Assembly: GCA_029564175.1 (NCBI GenBank)
Contig: JAKQQL010000066.1
Location: 1 to 43,186, forward strand
Direction of reading: 5' to 3'
Origin: Candidatus Cloacimonadota bacterium
Lineage (GTDB): Bacteria; Cloacimonadota; Cloacimonadia; Cloacimonadales; WRIO01
Length of the DNA stretch: 43,186 nt
Each line of letters opens with the position of its first letter. Position 1 is the stretch's first letter. The translations under genes and the position numbers were made by a program. Under the pieces are notes generated by a model, which saw only the letters and a list, made by a program, of their open reading frames with translations, searched no databases and was not told where the DNA came from. This document shows, piece after piece, positions 27,240-36,289 of the stretch.

Positions 27240-27285
27240 ATAATTTGAAGATTTACTAAAATCTTTTATAAATGGGCTTATTGAC

Positions 27286-28407
27286 TTAAATAGGAATCAG
27301 GTTCGATTTGAGAATTTTCAAACCCATTCTCAATTTTTTCTGGTTCAGAGCATAGCTGATACGAATAAATCCCTGAGATTCTTCCCCAAATGCTGAACCT
27401 GGAATAACGATAACACCTTTTTTTGCAAGAGATTTGCAGAATGAGATGTCATCCTGATAAATATTTAGCATTAGATAGGGAGCTGCATCAGGTGAAATTT
27501 GAGTATTTGGTTCTATAAATTCTTTTAAATACTTTAAACAAAACAGGTAGTTTTTTAGTAGTTGCTTTCTCAAATGAGTAATTGTAGTTTGACCTTTTTC
27601 TGAAAAGGCTTTTATGGCAGCTTTTTGAGAGATTGCTGAAGCACAGGTTGATATATACTGATGAGCGATGGTAAATTTATTAAGTAGTTCTTTTTGGGCG
27701 ACTATCCAGCCAATTCTCCATCCGGTCATACAAAATGATTTAGAGAGACCTGAAATGATGATGGTTTTATCATAAGAACTGCAAAATGAGGGTATTTCTT
27801 TTTGAAGATAAACCTCTTTATAAACTTCATCCACCAACAGAATGGTATCATTTTTTTTACAGATATCAGTGATCTCAGTAATATCTTCTGAATCAAAAGC
27901 AATCCCTGTGGGGTTTGCTGGGTGATTGAGAATCAGTATTTTGGTATTTTTGCTGATTTGTTTCTTAAGATCAGGCATTCTCAACCGAAATCCGTTTTCA
28001 GCTTTTAGTGGAAAAGTTTTAATCTTAGCCCCCAACATTTCAGCAATGGTTTTATAAGCAAGAAATGTCGGGTCTGCAATAAGGACTTCATCGCCAGGAT
28101 CAATAAGTGAAAATAACACAGCAAATATAGCTTCCTGAGCACCATTCGTTACACAGATATTTTCCCATTCTATTTTAGAATTAGAATTATAAGAGCTGGC
28201 AATTGCTTTTCTTAATTCAGGGATGCCTGCATTAGAGGTATAGAAGATTTCTCCCTGATTAATGACCTGTTTAGCTTTTAATCTGATCAGATTAGGGGTA
28301 GGAAACTGGATTTCACCTAATCCGAGGTTGATTGCATTTTGAGATGCAGAATCATAGATTTGGCGGATAATGGATTTTTGAACATTCTCTAAGCGTTTTG
28401 ATATCAT
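27286..28407 (-). CDS. Class I/II PLP-dependent aminotransferase (candidate N-succinyl-DAP aminotransferase)
   Basis: INLGLGE, YTSNAGIPELR, NHPANPTG, DEVY, SKSFCMTGWRIGW and PGSAFG...GFIRISYA; lies downstream of dapD. Confidence 0.88.
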   Translation of the reverse strand: MISKRLENVQKSIIRQIYDSASQNAINLGLGEIQFPTPNLIRLKAKQVINQGEIFYTSNAGIPELRKAIASSYNSNSKIEWENICVTNGAQEAIFAVLFSLIDPGDEVLIADPTFLAYKTIAEMLGAKIKTFPLKAENGFRLRMPDLKKQISKNTKILILNHPANPTGIAFDSEDITEITDICKKNDTILLVDEVYKEVYLQKEIPSFCSSYDKTIIISGLSKSFCMTGWRIGWIVAQKELLNKFTIAHQYISTCASAISQKAAIKAFSEKGQTTITHLRKQLLKNYLFCLKYLKEFIEPNTQISPDAAPYLMLNIYQDDISFCKSLAKKGVIVIPGSAFGEESQGFIRISYALNQKKLRMGLKILKSNLIPI

Positions 28408-28439
28408 AAATAGTCCTTATATGAATATTAAATTTGAAA

Positions 28440-28467
28440 AATCCCTGATCTTTTCAGAACAGGGATT
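28440..28467 (-). terminator. Hairpin between dapD and the aminotransferase gene
   Basis: AATCCCTG/CAGGGATT stem; short T tract on the minus strand. Confidence 0.55.
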
Positions 28468-28475
28468 GTAGAATT

Positions 28476-29300
28476 TTAGCGAAGAAGAGATTCCAATACC
28501 ACAGAAGTATTCGTTTTATCATCCCTATATTTAACAATAATAGGGCAATATATATGAAATCCTGCATTATTTTTTAAAGGTCTGGAGCCAGCAACAACGA
28601 CTGCATTTTCCGGAATCACAACTCCTTTTCCTTCAGGCTTGATTAACCAGGCATTTTCAATTAAATCAAAAACAGGAGTACTGGCAGTTATTATTACGCC
28701 TGCAGCTATTATTGCACCTTTTTTTACGATAGTGCCTTCGTAAATTCCGGAATTACCTCCGACAAATACATTATCTTCGATGATAACAGGGTTAGCTCCA
28801 ACAGGCTCTAAAACGCCACCAATAATAGCAGCTGCGCTGATATGTACATTTTTCCCAATCTGAGCACAAGAACCAACCAGTGCATGAGAATCTATCATGG
28901 AACCTTCATCGATATACGCTCCTGCATTTACATAACTTGGAGGCATTACCGTAACTGACTTTCCAATGAAAGCGCCATCTCTAACAGATGAACCTCCTGG
29001 AACAATTCGTATGCTGTCATGGATGTCGATGGATTTTAATGGATAGGTATGTTTATCATAGAATGGGAATGACCCCTTTGTAAAATCAGCAATTTTCCCC
29101 ATTCTAAATCCCAACAGAATTCCCTTTTTTACCCAAACATTTGTTTGCCAAGCACCGTCAACGTATTCTGCAGAGCGAATGATACCACGATTTAACTGAT
29201 GTTTAAACTCATTCCAAGTATCATAGTCACTAATGATTGGAATCCATTCTTTGTCTTCATATTTTTCTTCGATAAATTGTTTTAAATCAATGTTTGTCAT
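28476..29300 (-). CDS. dapD: Tetrahydrodipicolinate N-succinyltransferase
   Basis: W..N.WVKKGILLGFR, RIVPGG..VRDGA, MPPSYVNAGAYIDEGSMIDS...VGSCAQIGKNVHIS and GGVLEP. ATG at 29300 behind SD AGGGGTG. Confidence 0.93.
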   Translation of the reverse strand: MTNIDLKQFIEEKYEDKEWIPIISDYDTWNEFKHQLNRGIIRSAEYVDGAWQTNVWVKKGILLGFRMGKIADFTKGSFPFYDKHTYPLKSIDIHDSIRIVPGGSSVRDGAFIGKSVTVMPPSYVNAGAYIDEGSMIDSHALVGSCAQIGKNVHISAAAIIGGVLEPVGANPVIIEDNVFVGGNSGIYEGTIVKKGAIIAAGVIITASTPVFDLIENAWLIKPEGKGVVIPENAVVVAGSRPLKNNAGFHIYCPIIVKYRDDKTNTSVVLESLLR

Positions 29301-29360
29301 ATACACCCCTTATTTTTATTGTTCTTAGTATGATTTTGAAAAGTAACTACTAATTAAATA

Positions 29361-29389
29361 AGAATAAAGATAGTGATGATTTTTGTCAA
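29361..29389 (-). promoter_or_regulatory. Putative sigma70 promoter of dapD
   Basis: Minus strand TTGACA-17 nt-TATTCT. Confidence 0.55.
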
Positions 29390-29470
29390 TTGAATTCTTT
29401 GGAAACTTGATTATTCATTTTTTGTTGACATATTTTGAATTTAAAATTACATAGTATGTCAGGAGAAAAG

Positions 29471-30202
29471 ATGAGAAATTTATGCTATCTGATGCTTATA
29501 TGTGTCTTATTCAGCTCGTGCTCTAAGAGAAATCCTTCGTTGACAATCGTTACAGAAGAATATCCCCCTTTATCTTATACTGAAAATGACAGTGTTAAAG
29601 GATATGGAACAGAAATTGTCCAGTTAATTCAAAGGAGAATAGAAGACAATGCTAAGATCAATGTGATGAAGTGGAATGAAGCCTATCAGTTAGCTTTATC
29701 AAAACCTAATATTGTTATTTATACAATTGAGAAAACGAAAGAACGGGAGGGACTTTTTTACTGGATAGGTCCGATTGGCAGTAATGAAACATCAGTATTT
29801 ATCCCCAGAAAGAAGAATATTCGAATAAATCAATTTGATGATTTAAAGAAGTTTAGCTCTATTGCAACAACGACTGACTGGTTTACTGAAGAGTATTTAA
29901 AAATAAAAGGATTAAATAATTTAACCAGTATGCCAAACCCAGAAGATAATGTGAAAATGGTAATGAAAGGTAAATCTGATGCAACTATTCTGACTAATGT
30001 GACTTATGCAGATATCGTTAAAAATGCAGGTTATCAGGTAGATGACCTGAAACCGGTTTTTCATGTAATGAGCTCAGATTTTTATATAGGTATTTCTAAG
30101 CTCACAGATTTTAAAATTGTAAAAAAGTGGAAAGACGCCTATGATCAGATGAATCAGGAAGGCATTATTGATTCACTTCAGTATAAATGGAAAATTAAGT
30201 AA
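29471..30202 (+). CDS. Family 3 (polar amino acid-type) solute-binding lipoprotein
   Basis: Lipobox LFSSC; TEEYPPLSY...G...EIV, W..AY, RE..FYWIGPI and FYIGISK motifs. SD AGGAG before ATG 29471. Confidence 0.85.
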   Translation: MRNLCYLMLICVLFSSCSKRNPSLTIVTEEYPPLSYTENDSVKGYGTEIVQLIQRRIEDNAKINVMKWNEAYQLALSKPNIVIYTIEKTKEREGLFYWIGPIGSNETSVFIPRKKNIRINQFDDLKKFSSIATTTDWFTEEYLKIKGLNNLTSMPNPEDNVKMVMKGKSDATILTNVTYADIVKNAGYQVDDLKPVFHVMSSDFYIGISKLTDFKIVKKWKDAYDQMNQEGIIDSLQYKWKIK

Positions 30203-30246
30203 AAAGAGTTTGACTGTTTTAGTCTCTTTACAGAGTTTGTCATTAA

Positions 30247-30336
30247 GGAGAGTTGCCAGAGTGGTTGATTGGGGCGGTCTCGAAAACCGTTGTTCCTGTA
30301 AGGGAACCCAGGGTTCGAATCCCTGACTCTCCGCCA
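30247..30336 (+). tRNA. tRNA-Ser (anticodon CGA)
   Basis: Acceptor stem GGAGAGT/ACTCTCC, anticodon arm GCGGT-CTCGAAA-ACCGT, long variable arm, T arm CAGGG-TTCGAAT-CCCTG, discriminator G and encoded CCA; 90 nt. Confidence 0.97.
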
Positions 30337-30457
30337 GTTCTTTTAAAAACCGTTTTTGTTATTACTCAAAAAAGAAAAAGAATTCATCTTTATGCTTGAC
30401 ATAAAAGCTTATGTAAAAATATTTTGATTAGATTAGAAAAAATAGAAAGGAGTTAGA

Positions 30458-30883
30458 ATGAAGACATTCACCCCAAGACCTGGTGAAATTCAGCAGAATT
30501 GGTATGTTATCGATGCTGAAAACAAAACCTTAGGTCGTTTATCAACTCAGGTGGCTTCTATTCTTCGTGGTAAAAATAAACCTTATTTTAGCCCAAACAT
30601 TGATACCGGTGATTACATCGTGATCATTAATGCTGAAAAAGTGAATTTAACCGGAAGTAAAGCCCTTCAAAAAGTATATCAGAATTTTAGTGGTTATCCA
30701 AGCGGATTAAAAGAAACCTCTTTTAAACGTATGATCACTAAAAAACCTGAAGAAATCATTATTCACTCAGTAAAAGGCATGCTCCCCAAAAATGCATTGG
30801 GAAGACAGATGCTTACCAAGTTAAAAGTTTATGCAGGCAGTGAACATCCTCACACCGCGCAGAAACCTGTTACTTTACCATAA
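30458..30883 (+). CDS. rplM: 50S ribosomal protein L13
   Basis: WYVIDA...LGRL, LRGKNKPYFSPNIDTGD, VKGMLPKN.LGR and HPHTAQKP. Confidence 0.98.
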   Translation: MKTFTPRPGEIQQNWYVIDAENKTLGRLSTQVASILRGKNKPYFSPNIDTGDYIVIINAEKVNLTGSKALQKVYQNFSGYPSGLKETSFKRMITKKPEEIIIHSVKGMLPKNALGRQMLTKLKVYAGSEHPHTAQKPVTLP

Positions 30884-30898
30884 TCTGGAGGCTATTGA

Positions 30899-31285
30899 AT
30901 GCAGTATTTTGATGCAGTCGGAAGAAGAAAAACAGCTGTTGCACGTGTAAGAATAACACCAGGAACTGGTAAAAGACTTATCAATTCAGTTCCAATGAAA
31001 AAATATCTTGCTCGTGAAATTCTTGAAATGGTTGTTGAACAACCTTTTGAATTAGTTGCTTTAAGCGACAAATTTGACCTTAAAGTCAATGTATGTGGTG
31101 GCGGATTATCCAGCCAGGCAGGTGCTATCAGACACGGTATATCCCGTGCTCTTATCAAATATGACGAAGCTTTACGTCCTGTTTTAAAGGCTAAAGGCTT
31201 ATTAACACGTGACTCACGCATGGTTGAACGTAAAAAACCAGGCCGTCCAAAAGCAAGAAAGAGATTCCAGTTCTCTAAACGCTAA
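30899..31285 (+). CDS. rpsI: 30S ribosomal protein S9
   Basis: [23 protein letters not shown] and [24 protein letters not shown]. Confidence 0.98.
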   Translation: MQYFDAVGRRKTAVARVRITPGTGKRLINSVPMKKYLAREILEMVVEQPFELVALSDKFDLKVNVCGGGLSSQAGAIRHGISRALIKYDEALRPVLKAKGLLTRDSRMVERKKPGRPKARKRFQFSKR

Positions 31286-31294
31286 AAACCAATA

Positions 31295-31440
31295 TTACGA
31301 CGGGACCGGAGTTGCGAGGCGGTGTTTTTCAATTACATGGAAAGCTTTAAAATTTCAAGAGTGTACTCTCACAGCTTAATGATCTGTGTGTAAGCCTGAA
31401 AAACTGAATCGCTTATATCCCCCCGGCAATTTAACCGTAA
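31295..31440 (+). promoter_or_regulatory. Structured rpsB leader (probable S2 autoregulatory RNA)
   Basis: Nested stems TTACG/CGTAA, CCGG/CCGG, AGGCGGT/ATCGCTT, GTTTTTCA/TGAAAAAC and TTACATG/TGTGTAA, closing just before the SD. Confidence 0.7.
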
Positions 31441-31450
31441 AGGAGAAAAA

Positions 31451-32275
31451 ATGACTGTAGTTTCAATGAAACAACTACTCGAAGCAGGCGTTCACTTTGG
31501 TCATCAGACTCATAAGTGGAACCCAAAAATGAAAAAATACATTTTCATTAAAAGAAATGGTATTCATATCATTGATTTAAAGCAAACAGTTGATTCAATC
31601 AACGAAGCATATCAATTTTTAAAAGATGTTGCCAGAAAAGGCGAACAGATTTTATTTGTTGGAACCAAAAAACAAGCTCAGGAAGCTGTTGAAAAAGCAG
31701 CTCAGGAAGCAGATGTCAGTTATGTTAGTTACCGTTGGTATGGTGGAATGTTAACTAATATGCAGACTATCCGCAAATCTGTTGAAAAAATGGAATTTAT
31801 TGAAGATTTAATGAATAATCCTGCAAATTTCAGTAATTATACTAAATTAGAACAGATAAAAATGAGAAGAGAACATGCAAAAATCGTTCAGGCTTTAGGT
31901 GGAATCCGTAAGCTTGACAGAAAACCTGGTGCTGTATTTATCGTAGATACAGTAAAAGAAGCGATTGCAGTTCACGAAGCACGCAAACTTGGTATCCCAA
32001 TCATTGGCATGGTAGATACAAACTGTGACCCAGATGTGGTAGATTATGTTATCCCTTCAAATGATGACGCGATCCGTGCCGTTGAATTAATCGCCTTAAC
32101 TCTCGCTAATGCAGTTAAAGAAGGCCGTCAAATTGCAGAAGAAGGTGCCGCTCCCGTTCAGGCAACAACTGATGTTATGACCGCAGAAGCAACTACAGAA
32201 GCAACAGAAGACGATTTAATGGATATCATTGATAATTTAGAAAATCCTGAAGAAAACAAAGATTCTTCTAATTAA
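31451..32275 (+). CDS. rpsB: 30S ribosomal protein S2
   Basis: LLEAGVHFGHQ..KWNPKM, LFVGTKKQA and DTNCDPD.VDY.IPSNDDAIRA; acidic tail. Confidence 0.98.
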   Translation: MTVVSMKQLLEAGVHFGHQTHKWNPKMKKYIFIKRNGIHIIDLKQTVDSINEAYQFLKDVARKGEQILFVGTKKQAQEAVEKAAQEADVSYVSYRWYGGMLTNMQTIRKSVEKMEFIEDLMNNPANFSNYTKLEQIKMRREHAKIVQALGGIRKLDRKPGAVFIVDTVKEAIAVHEARKLGIPIIGMVDTNCDPDVVDYVIPSNDDAIRAVELIALTLANAVKEGRQIAEEGAAPVQATTDVMTAEATTEATEDDLMDIIDNLENPEENKDSSN

Positions 32276-32287
32276 TATATCGTTTTG

Positions 32288-32317
32288 AAAGAGAGACGAG
32301 AGTCTCTCTTTTTTTTT
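32288..32317 (+). terminator. Intrinsic terminator/attenuator between rpsB and tsf
   Basis: AAAGAGAGAC-GAGA-GTCTCTCTTT followed by a long T tract. Confidence 0.88.
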
Positions 32318-32345
32318 AAAATAATCAGGAATAAGGAGATATAAA

Positions 32346-32939
32346 ATGGAAATTACAGCTTCATTAGTGAAAGAATTACGTGAAAAAACCGGCGCTGGCA
32401 TGATGGAATGTAAAAAAGCGTTAGTTGAAAAAAATGGAAATATTGAAGAAGCGATTAATTGGTTACGTGAAAGAGGCATTGCAAAAGCCGCTTCAAAATC
32501 AGACAGAGAAACCAAAGAAGGCCGTATTTATTCTTATATTCACTCCAATAACCGTGTTGGCTGTCTTGTTGAAATCAATTGTGAAACAGATTTCGTTGCA
32601 AGAACAGAAGATTTTGAACAATTATGTAAAAACATATGTATGCAGATTGTTGCTAATAATCCGCTTTCCTTACGTTCTGAAGATTTAGATCCAAAAGTAG
32701 TGGAAAATGAGAGAGAAGTATATCGCAATAAAGCGATTAATGATGGTAAAGATGAAAAATTTGTAGATAAAATTGTTGATGGTCAGATTGCAAAATTCTA
32801 CAAAGAAAATTGTCTTTTATCACAAGAATACATTAAAGATGATAAAAAAACTGTTCAGGATGTCATCAACGAAACGATTACCAAAACTGGTGAAAATATT
32901 CAGATTGCCCGTTTTGTCAGATTTTCACTTGGTGAATAG
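32346..32939 (+). CDS. tsf: Elongation factor Ts (short form)
   Basis: VKELREKTGAGMMECKKAL, EINCETDFVA and GENIQIARFVRF.LGE. Confidence 0.98.
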   Translation: MEITASLVKELREKTGAGMMECKKALVEKNGNIEEAINWLRERGIAKAASKSDRETKEGRIYSYIHSNNRVGCLVEINCETDFVARTEDFEQLCKNICMQIVANNPLSLRSEDLDPKVVENEREVYRNKAINDGKDEKFVDKIVDGQIAKFYKENCLLSQEYIKDDKKTVQDVINETITKTGENIQIARFVRFSLGE

Positions 32940-32941
32940 TT

Positions 32942-33661
32942 ATGAACGCCTTTAAACCCGAAAAGATACATAGAATCATACTGAAAATAAGCGGTGAATA
33001 TCTATCAGGTCAGCTCGGTTTTGGATTTGATAATCTGATAGTCAATGAGATATGTAATGAAATTATTGAAGTGAGAAAGTTAGGTTATAGCATTGGGATC
33101 GTTATTGGTGGCGGAAATTTCTTTCGTGGCGGAGAGCATCCCGAAGTTGACCGAGCTGCAGCTGATAATGTAGGGATGCTTGCAACTTTGCAAAATGCAG
33201 TGGTTATGGCTAATATTCTTCAGTCTAAAAATTATGCCGTTGAAGTATTTTCTGCTTTTGAATGTCCTAAGGTTGCAAAACTTTACACATATCAGTGTGC
33301 TAACGATGATATGAAAAAAGGGAAAATATGCTTCTTTGCTGGTGGGACAGGAAACCCATTCTTTACAACTGATACTGCAGCTGTTCTAAGAGCAATAGAA
33401 TTAAACTGTGATCTGGTCTTAAAAGGTACGAAAGTGGATGGTGTTTATACTGCTGATCCTAAAAAAGACCCTGATGCTCAGTTTATCTCTGATTTAAGCT
33501 ATACTGAAGCGCTTAATAAGCAATTAAATATCATGGATATGACCGCATTTTCACTGGCAAGAGATTATGAAGTTCCAATAAAGGTCTTTAATATTGGTAA
33601 TAAGGGCAGTATCAAAGACTGTCTGCTTAACAAAGATTATGGCACTTATGTACATATCTAA
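32942..33661 (+). CDS. pyrH: UMP kinase
   Basis: LKISGE, VIGGGNFFRG, GTGNPFFTTDTAAVLRA and VDGVYTADP. Confidence 0.97.
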   Translation: MNAFKPEKIHRIILKISGEYLSGQLGFGFDNLIVNEICNEIIEVRKLGYSIGIVIGGGNFFRGGEHPEVDRAAADNVGMLATLQNAVVMANILQSKNYAVEVFSAFECPKVAKLYTYQCANDDMKKGKICFFAGGTGNPFFTTDTAAVLRAIELNCDLVLKGTKVDGVYTADPKKDPDAQFISDLSYTEALNKQLNIMDMTAFSLARDYEVPIKVFNIGNKGSIKDCLLNKDYGTYVHI

Positions 33662-33670
33662 GGAGAAAAA

Positions 33671-34225
33671 ATGGAAGATATCGTAAAACAAGCCGAAGAA
33701 AAGATGAATAAAACCTTTGAATCTTTAGCTCATCAATTTACAAAAACACGTACAGGCAGAGCAAGTGCTTCCATTCTTGACGATATAAAGGTCAATTACT
33801 ACGGCACACCAACACCTGTAAAACAGCTAGGTAATATTAATATTCCTGAACCTCGTATGATTATCCTTCAACCTTGGGATAAAACGACTTTATCAGAAAT
33901 TGAGAAAGCTATCTTAGCCGCAAATCTTGGTATCACACCTGAAAATGATGGCAATGTGATTCGTTTACCTTTCCCTTCATTAACTGAAGATAAACGTAAA
34001 GAGATTGTCAAAGGTGTAAAAAAACAGGCAGAAGATGCAAAAGTAGCAAGCCGTAACGTTCGTCGCGACTTTAATGAACTCGTTAAAAAACAAAAGAAGA
34101 ACAGTGAAATTACTGAAGATCAGGAAAAGAAAATCCTTGATGATATTCAGAAACTTACTGATAAGTGGATTGAGAAAATCGACGATTTAGCGAAGAATAA
34201 AGAAAAAGAAATCATGGATATTTAA
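33671..34225 (+). CDS. frr: Ribosome recycling factor
   Basis: RTGRAS..ILD, YYG.PTP, QPWDK, P.NDG..IRL.FP.LTE and RNVRRD. Confidence 0.98.
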   Translation: MEDIVKQAEEKMNKTFESLAHQFTKTRTGRASASILDDIKVNYYGTPTPVKQLGNINIPEPRMIILQPWDKTTLSEIEKAILAANLGITPENDGNVIRLPFPSLTEDKRKEIVKGVKKQAEDAKVASRNVRRDFNELVKKQKKNSEITEDQEKKILDDIQKLTDKWIEKIDDLAKNKEKEIMDI

Positions 34226-34240
34226 CCATGAGAATAGATT

Positions 34241-34274
34241 AAAAAGGCAGATTTCAAAAAATCTGCCTTTTTTT
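34241..34274 (+). terminator. Intrinsic terminator after frr
   Basis: AAAAAGGCAGATTT/AAATCTGCCTTTTT stem followed by a T tract. Confidence 0.9.
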
Positions 34275-34300
34275 GTAACATTTTACTTATTCTTTGTTAT
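34274..34300 (+). promoter_or_regulatory. Putative ECF-type autoregulatory promoter
   Basis: TGTAAC-15 nt-TGTTAT directly upstream of an ECF sigma gene. Confidence 0.45.
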
Positions 34301-34335
34301 GATTATAGTTCTATAGAATATATGAAGGTGTGAAT

Positions 34336-34917
34336 ATGGCAAAATATAACGAACAGGAAGAAAAAGAGATTATCTTACAGGCTAAGAATGATTTTAAAGC
34401 CTTTGACTATATCTACGAAAAATACATGCCGGTCATTTTTAATTACGTAATGTACCGTGTATATAACCGTGAAGTGGCAGAAGATATTGTATCAACGGTG
34501 TTTTACAAGGCCATGAAAAATCTGGCTTTGTTTAAATGGAGAAAAATCCCTTTCTCTGCCTGGTTGTATCGTATTGCTTTTAATGAAATTTGTAATCATG
34601 CCAAACGAGAAAAGAAATTGCAAAAGATTTCACGTAATTATCATCTTGAAACAGAAGATAAACATCATGATTCTTATCAATCCAAGAATGAAAAATCTTT
34701 TGAATTTGTTCATACTTACTTAAAGCAATTACCAATGAAAGATCAAGATCTGATCACTCTTAGATTTTTCGAGCGAAAAGCATTTAGCGAAATCGCTGAA
34801 CTAACAGGAAAGAATGAAAGTACTCTGCGCGTTAATTTACATCGTGCATTAAAAAAACTGGAGACTTTGATTCCTGAGGAGGTGTTTAATGAAGCGCTTA
34901 AGCAAATATCTATGTAG
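34336..34917 (+). CDS. ECF-family RNA polymerase sigma factor
   Basis: AFDYIYEKY, AEDIVS.VF.KA, FSAWLYRIA.N; region 4 LRFFE...FSEIAEL.G..ESTLRV.LHRA. Confidence 0.92.
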   Translation: MAKYNEQEEKEIILQAKNDFKAFDYIYEKYMPVIFNYVMYRVYNREVAEDIVSTVFYKAMKNLALFKWRKIPFSAWLYRIAFNEICNHAKREKKLQKISRNYHLETEDKHHDSYQSKNEKSFEFVHTYLKQLPMKDQDLITLRFFERKAFSEIAELTGKNESTLRVNLHRALKKLETLIPEEVFNEALKQISM

Positions 34918-35344
34918 TGTCAATAAACCAGACTTTCAAACAGGCCCATTCTCTGTCAGACTGAAATATGACCTTAGAAATAAATTTTTTGAGCAGAAAG
35001 AAAGAAAACTGATGCCAATCATCTCTTTCTCTCTGGCCGGAATCATGACTTTAATGCTGGGAATGCTGATTATTAAACCTCAAACTGCATACCGTCTTAA
35101 CCAACTTGCCTTCAATCATAAAAGTAATATGGATTATCTCCTCTTCAATTCTGATGAAAATACCGATTTTTCTAACATCTCAGACCATATCAAACCTGTC
35201 TCAGGTAATTTAAATGACTCTCCTCTTTCAATGATAGAAGAAGATAAATCCTATATCCTTCATAAATTAAAAGATGATGCCAACAGAACTATTTTCTATA
35301 TCAGTGAAGTGAAAAAGAAAGTTCAGCCTAGAATACTATATTAA
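34889..35344 (+). CDS. Putative single-TM anti-sigma factor
   Basis: Overlaps the ECF sigma gene; short basic N-terminus (F..RLK..L), one TM helix (LMPIISFSLAGIMTLMLGMLII) and an extracytoplasmic tail. Confidence 0.65.
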   Translation: MKRLSKYLCSVNKPDFQTGPFSVRLKYDLRNKFFEQKERKLMPIISFSLAGIMTLMLGMLIIKPQTAYRLNQLAFNHKSNMDYLLFNSDENTDFSNISDHIKPVSGNLNDSPLSMIEEDKSYILHKLKDDANRTIFYISEVKKKVQPRILY

Positions 35345-35354
35345 ATCAAACTCT

Positions 35355-36221
35355 ATGACAAAAATAATAATTTCTGCTTTAATGCTCGTATTTTGCTCAA
35401 TTTTATTGTCCCAGAATATATATATTGGGGTCTATATAAGTGAAATTGATAAGCCAACCATGATAAAACATCATTTAAAAGGTGGAGTTAGAATTGATTC
35501 TGTTTTGCAGGATTCACCTGCGGAAAAAGCAGGATTAAGAAAAAATCATATTATTTGTAAGATTGATGATCAGTTGATTACTAATGAAAGTGATTTTCAA
35601 AGAGTACTGGCCTCCTATAAACCTAATGACCGTATTCTTTTTACTGTTAAGACCAATAAACGGACTCAAATTTATACGATAAATGCTCAGAATAGATCTG
35701 CGCTACTAAAAGATTTGTATATTTACAATTATATTCAAAATCCATGGTTATTCATCGGTATTGATGTTCAGAAAATGGATGAACAACTGTCAGAGTATTT
35801 TAAACATAATAAAGGGCTTGTTATTGTAGATATCAGAGAGCATTCTTTAGCTTTAACGAATGGACTTAAGGTTGGAGATATTATTACTCATGTCAATTCT
35901 AATGTGGTGCAGACTGAAGATGATTTAAGCAAACAGCTGGCATGGGGGATTAAAAAACAACCAATTGTTCTTGATGTCATAAGAAAACAAAAGCATATAA
36001 AGGTAAATCTGAATCTGACAAATAATAAAATAAGGGACTTTAAAAACAAATCCGACGAAGTCTATATTATTGGACCAGATATTTATGATAGTGAATTATA
36101 TATTTATTCTCAAGGTAAAATCAATCAAATTTTAAAACAGTCAGATACTGAAATTGAATCAGAAATACAAAGACTTGAGTCTGAAATTCAGGGTTTAAAG
36201 AAAAGAATTAGAAATAAGTAA
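35355..36221 (+). CDS. Secreted tandem-PDZ protein lacking a protease domain
   Basis: Signal peptide; PDZ1 YIGV...GVRIDSVLQDSPAEKAGL; PDZ2 FIGI...GLVIVDI...GLKVGDIITHVN; C-terminal coiled coil. Confidence 0.85.
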   Translation: MTKIIISALMLVFCSILLSQNIYIGVYISEIDKPTMIKHHLKGGVRIDSVLQDSPAEKAGLRKNHIICKIDDQLITNESDFQRVLASYKPNDRILFTVKTNKRTQIYTINAQNRSALLKDLYIYNYIQNPWLFIGIDVQKMDEQLSEYFKHNKGLVIVDIREHSLALTNGLKVGDIITHVNSNVVQTEDDLSKQLAWGIKKQPIVLDVIRKQKHIKVNLNLTNNKIRDFKNKSDEVYIIGPDIYDSELYIYSQGKINQILKQSDTEIESEIQRLESEIQGLKKRIRNK

Positions 36222-36230
36222 TTTTAATGC

Positions 36231-36259
36231 TTGACATTCCTCCCAACTCATGATATATT
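36231..36259 (+). promoter_or_regulatory. Sigma70 promoter of the PAS kinase gene
   Basis: TTGACA-17 nt-TATATT with extended -10 TGn. Confidence 0.75.
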
Positions 36260-36289
36260 TTATGTATTAAGGGAAAGGGAGTATCTCTG

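Noticed and set aside
30247..30457. Integrative element at tRNA-Ser
   Set aside because: There is no integrase, I noticed no duplicated tRNA 3' end, and rplM follows directly.
32346..32939. Short EF-Ts as a truncation
   Set aside because: An EF-Ts of about 200 aa is a known natural form, and both termini are intact.
30892..32955. Antisense and alternate-frame ORFs over rpsI, rpsB and tsf
   Set aside because: They are typical shadows of highly conserved genes.
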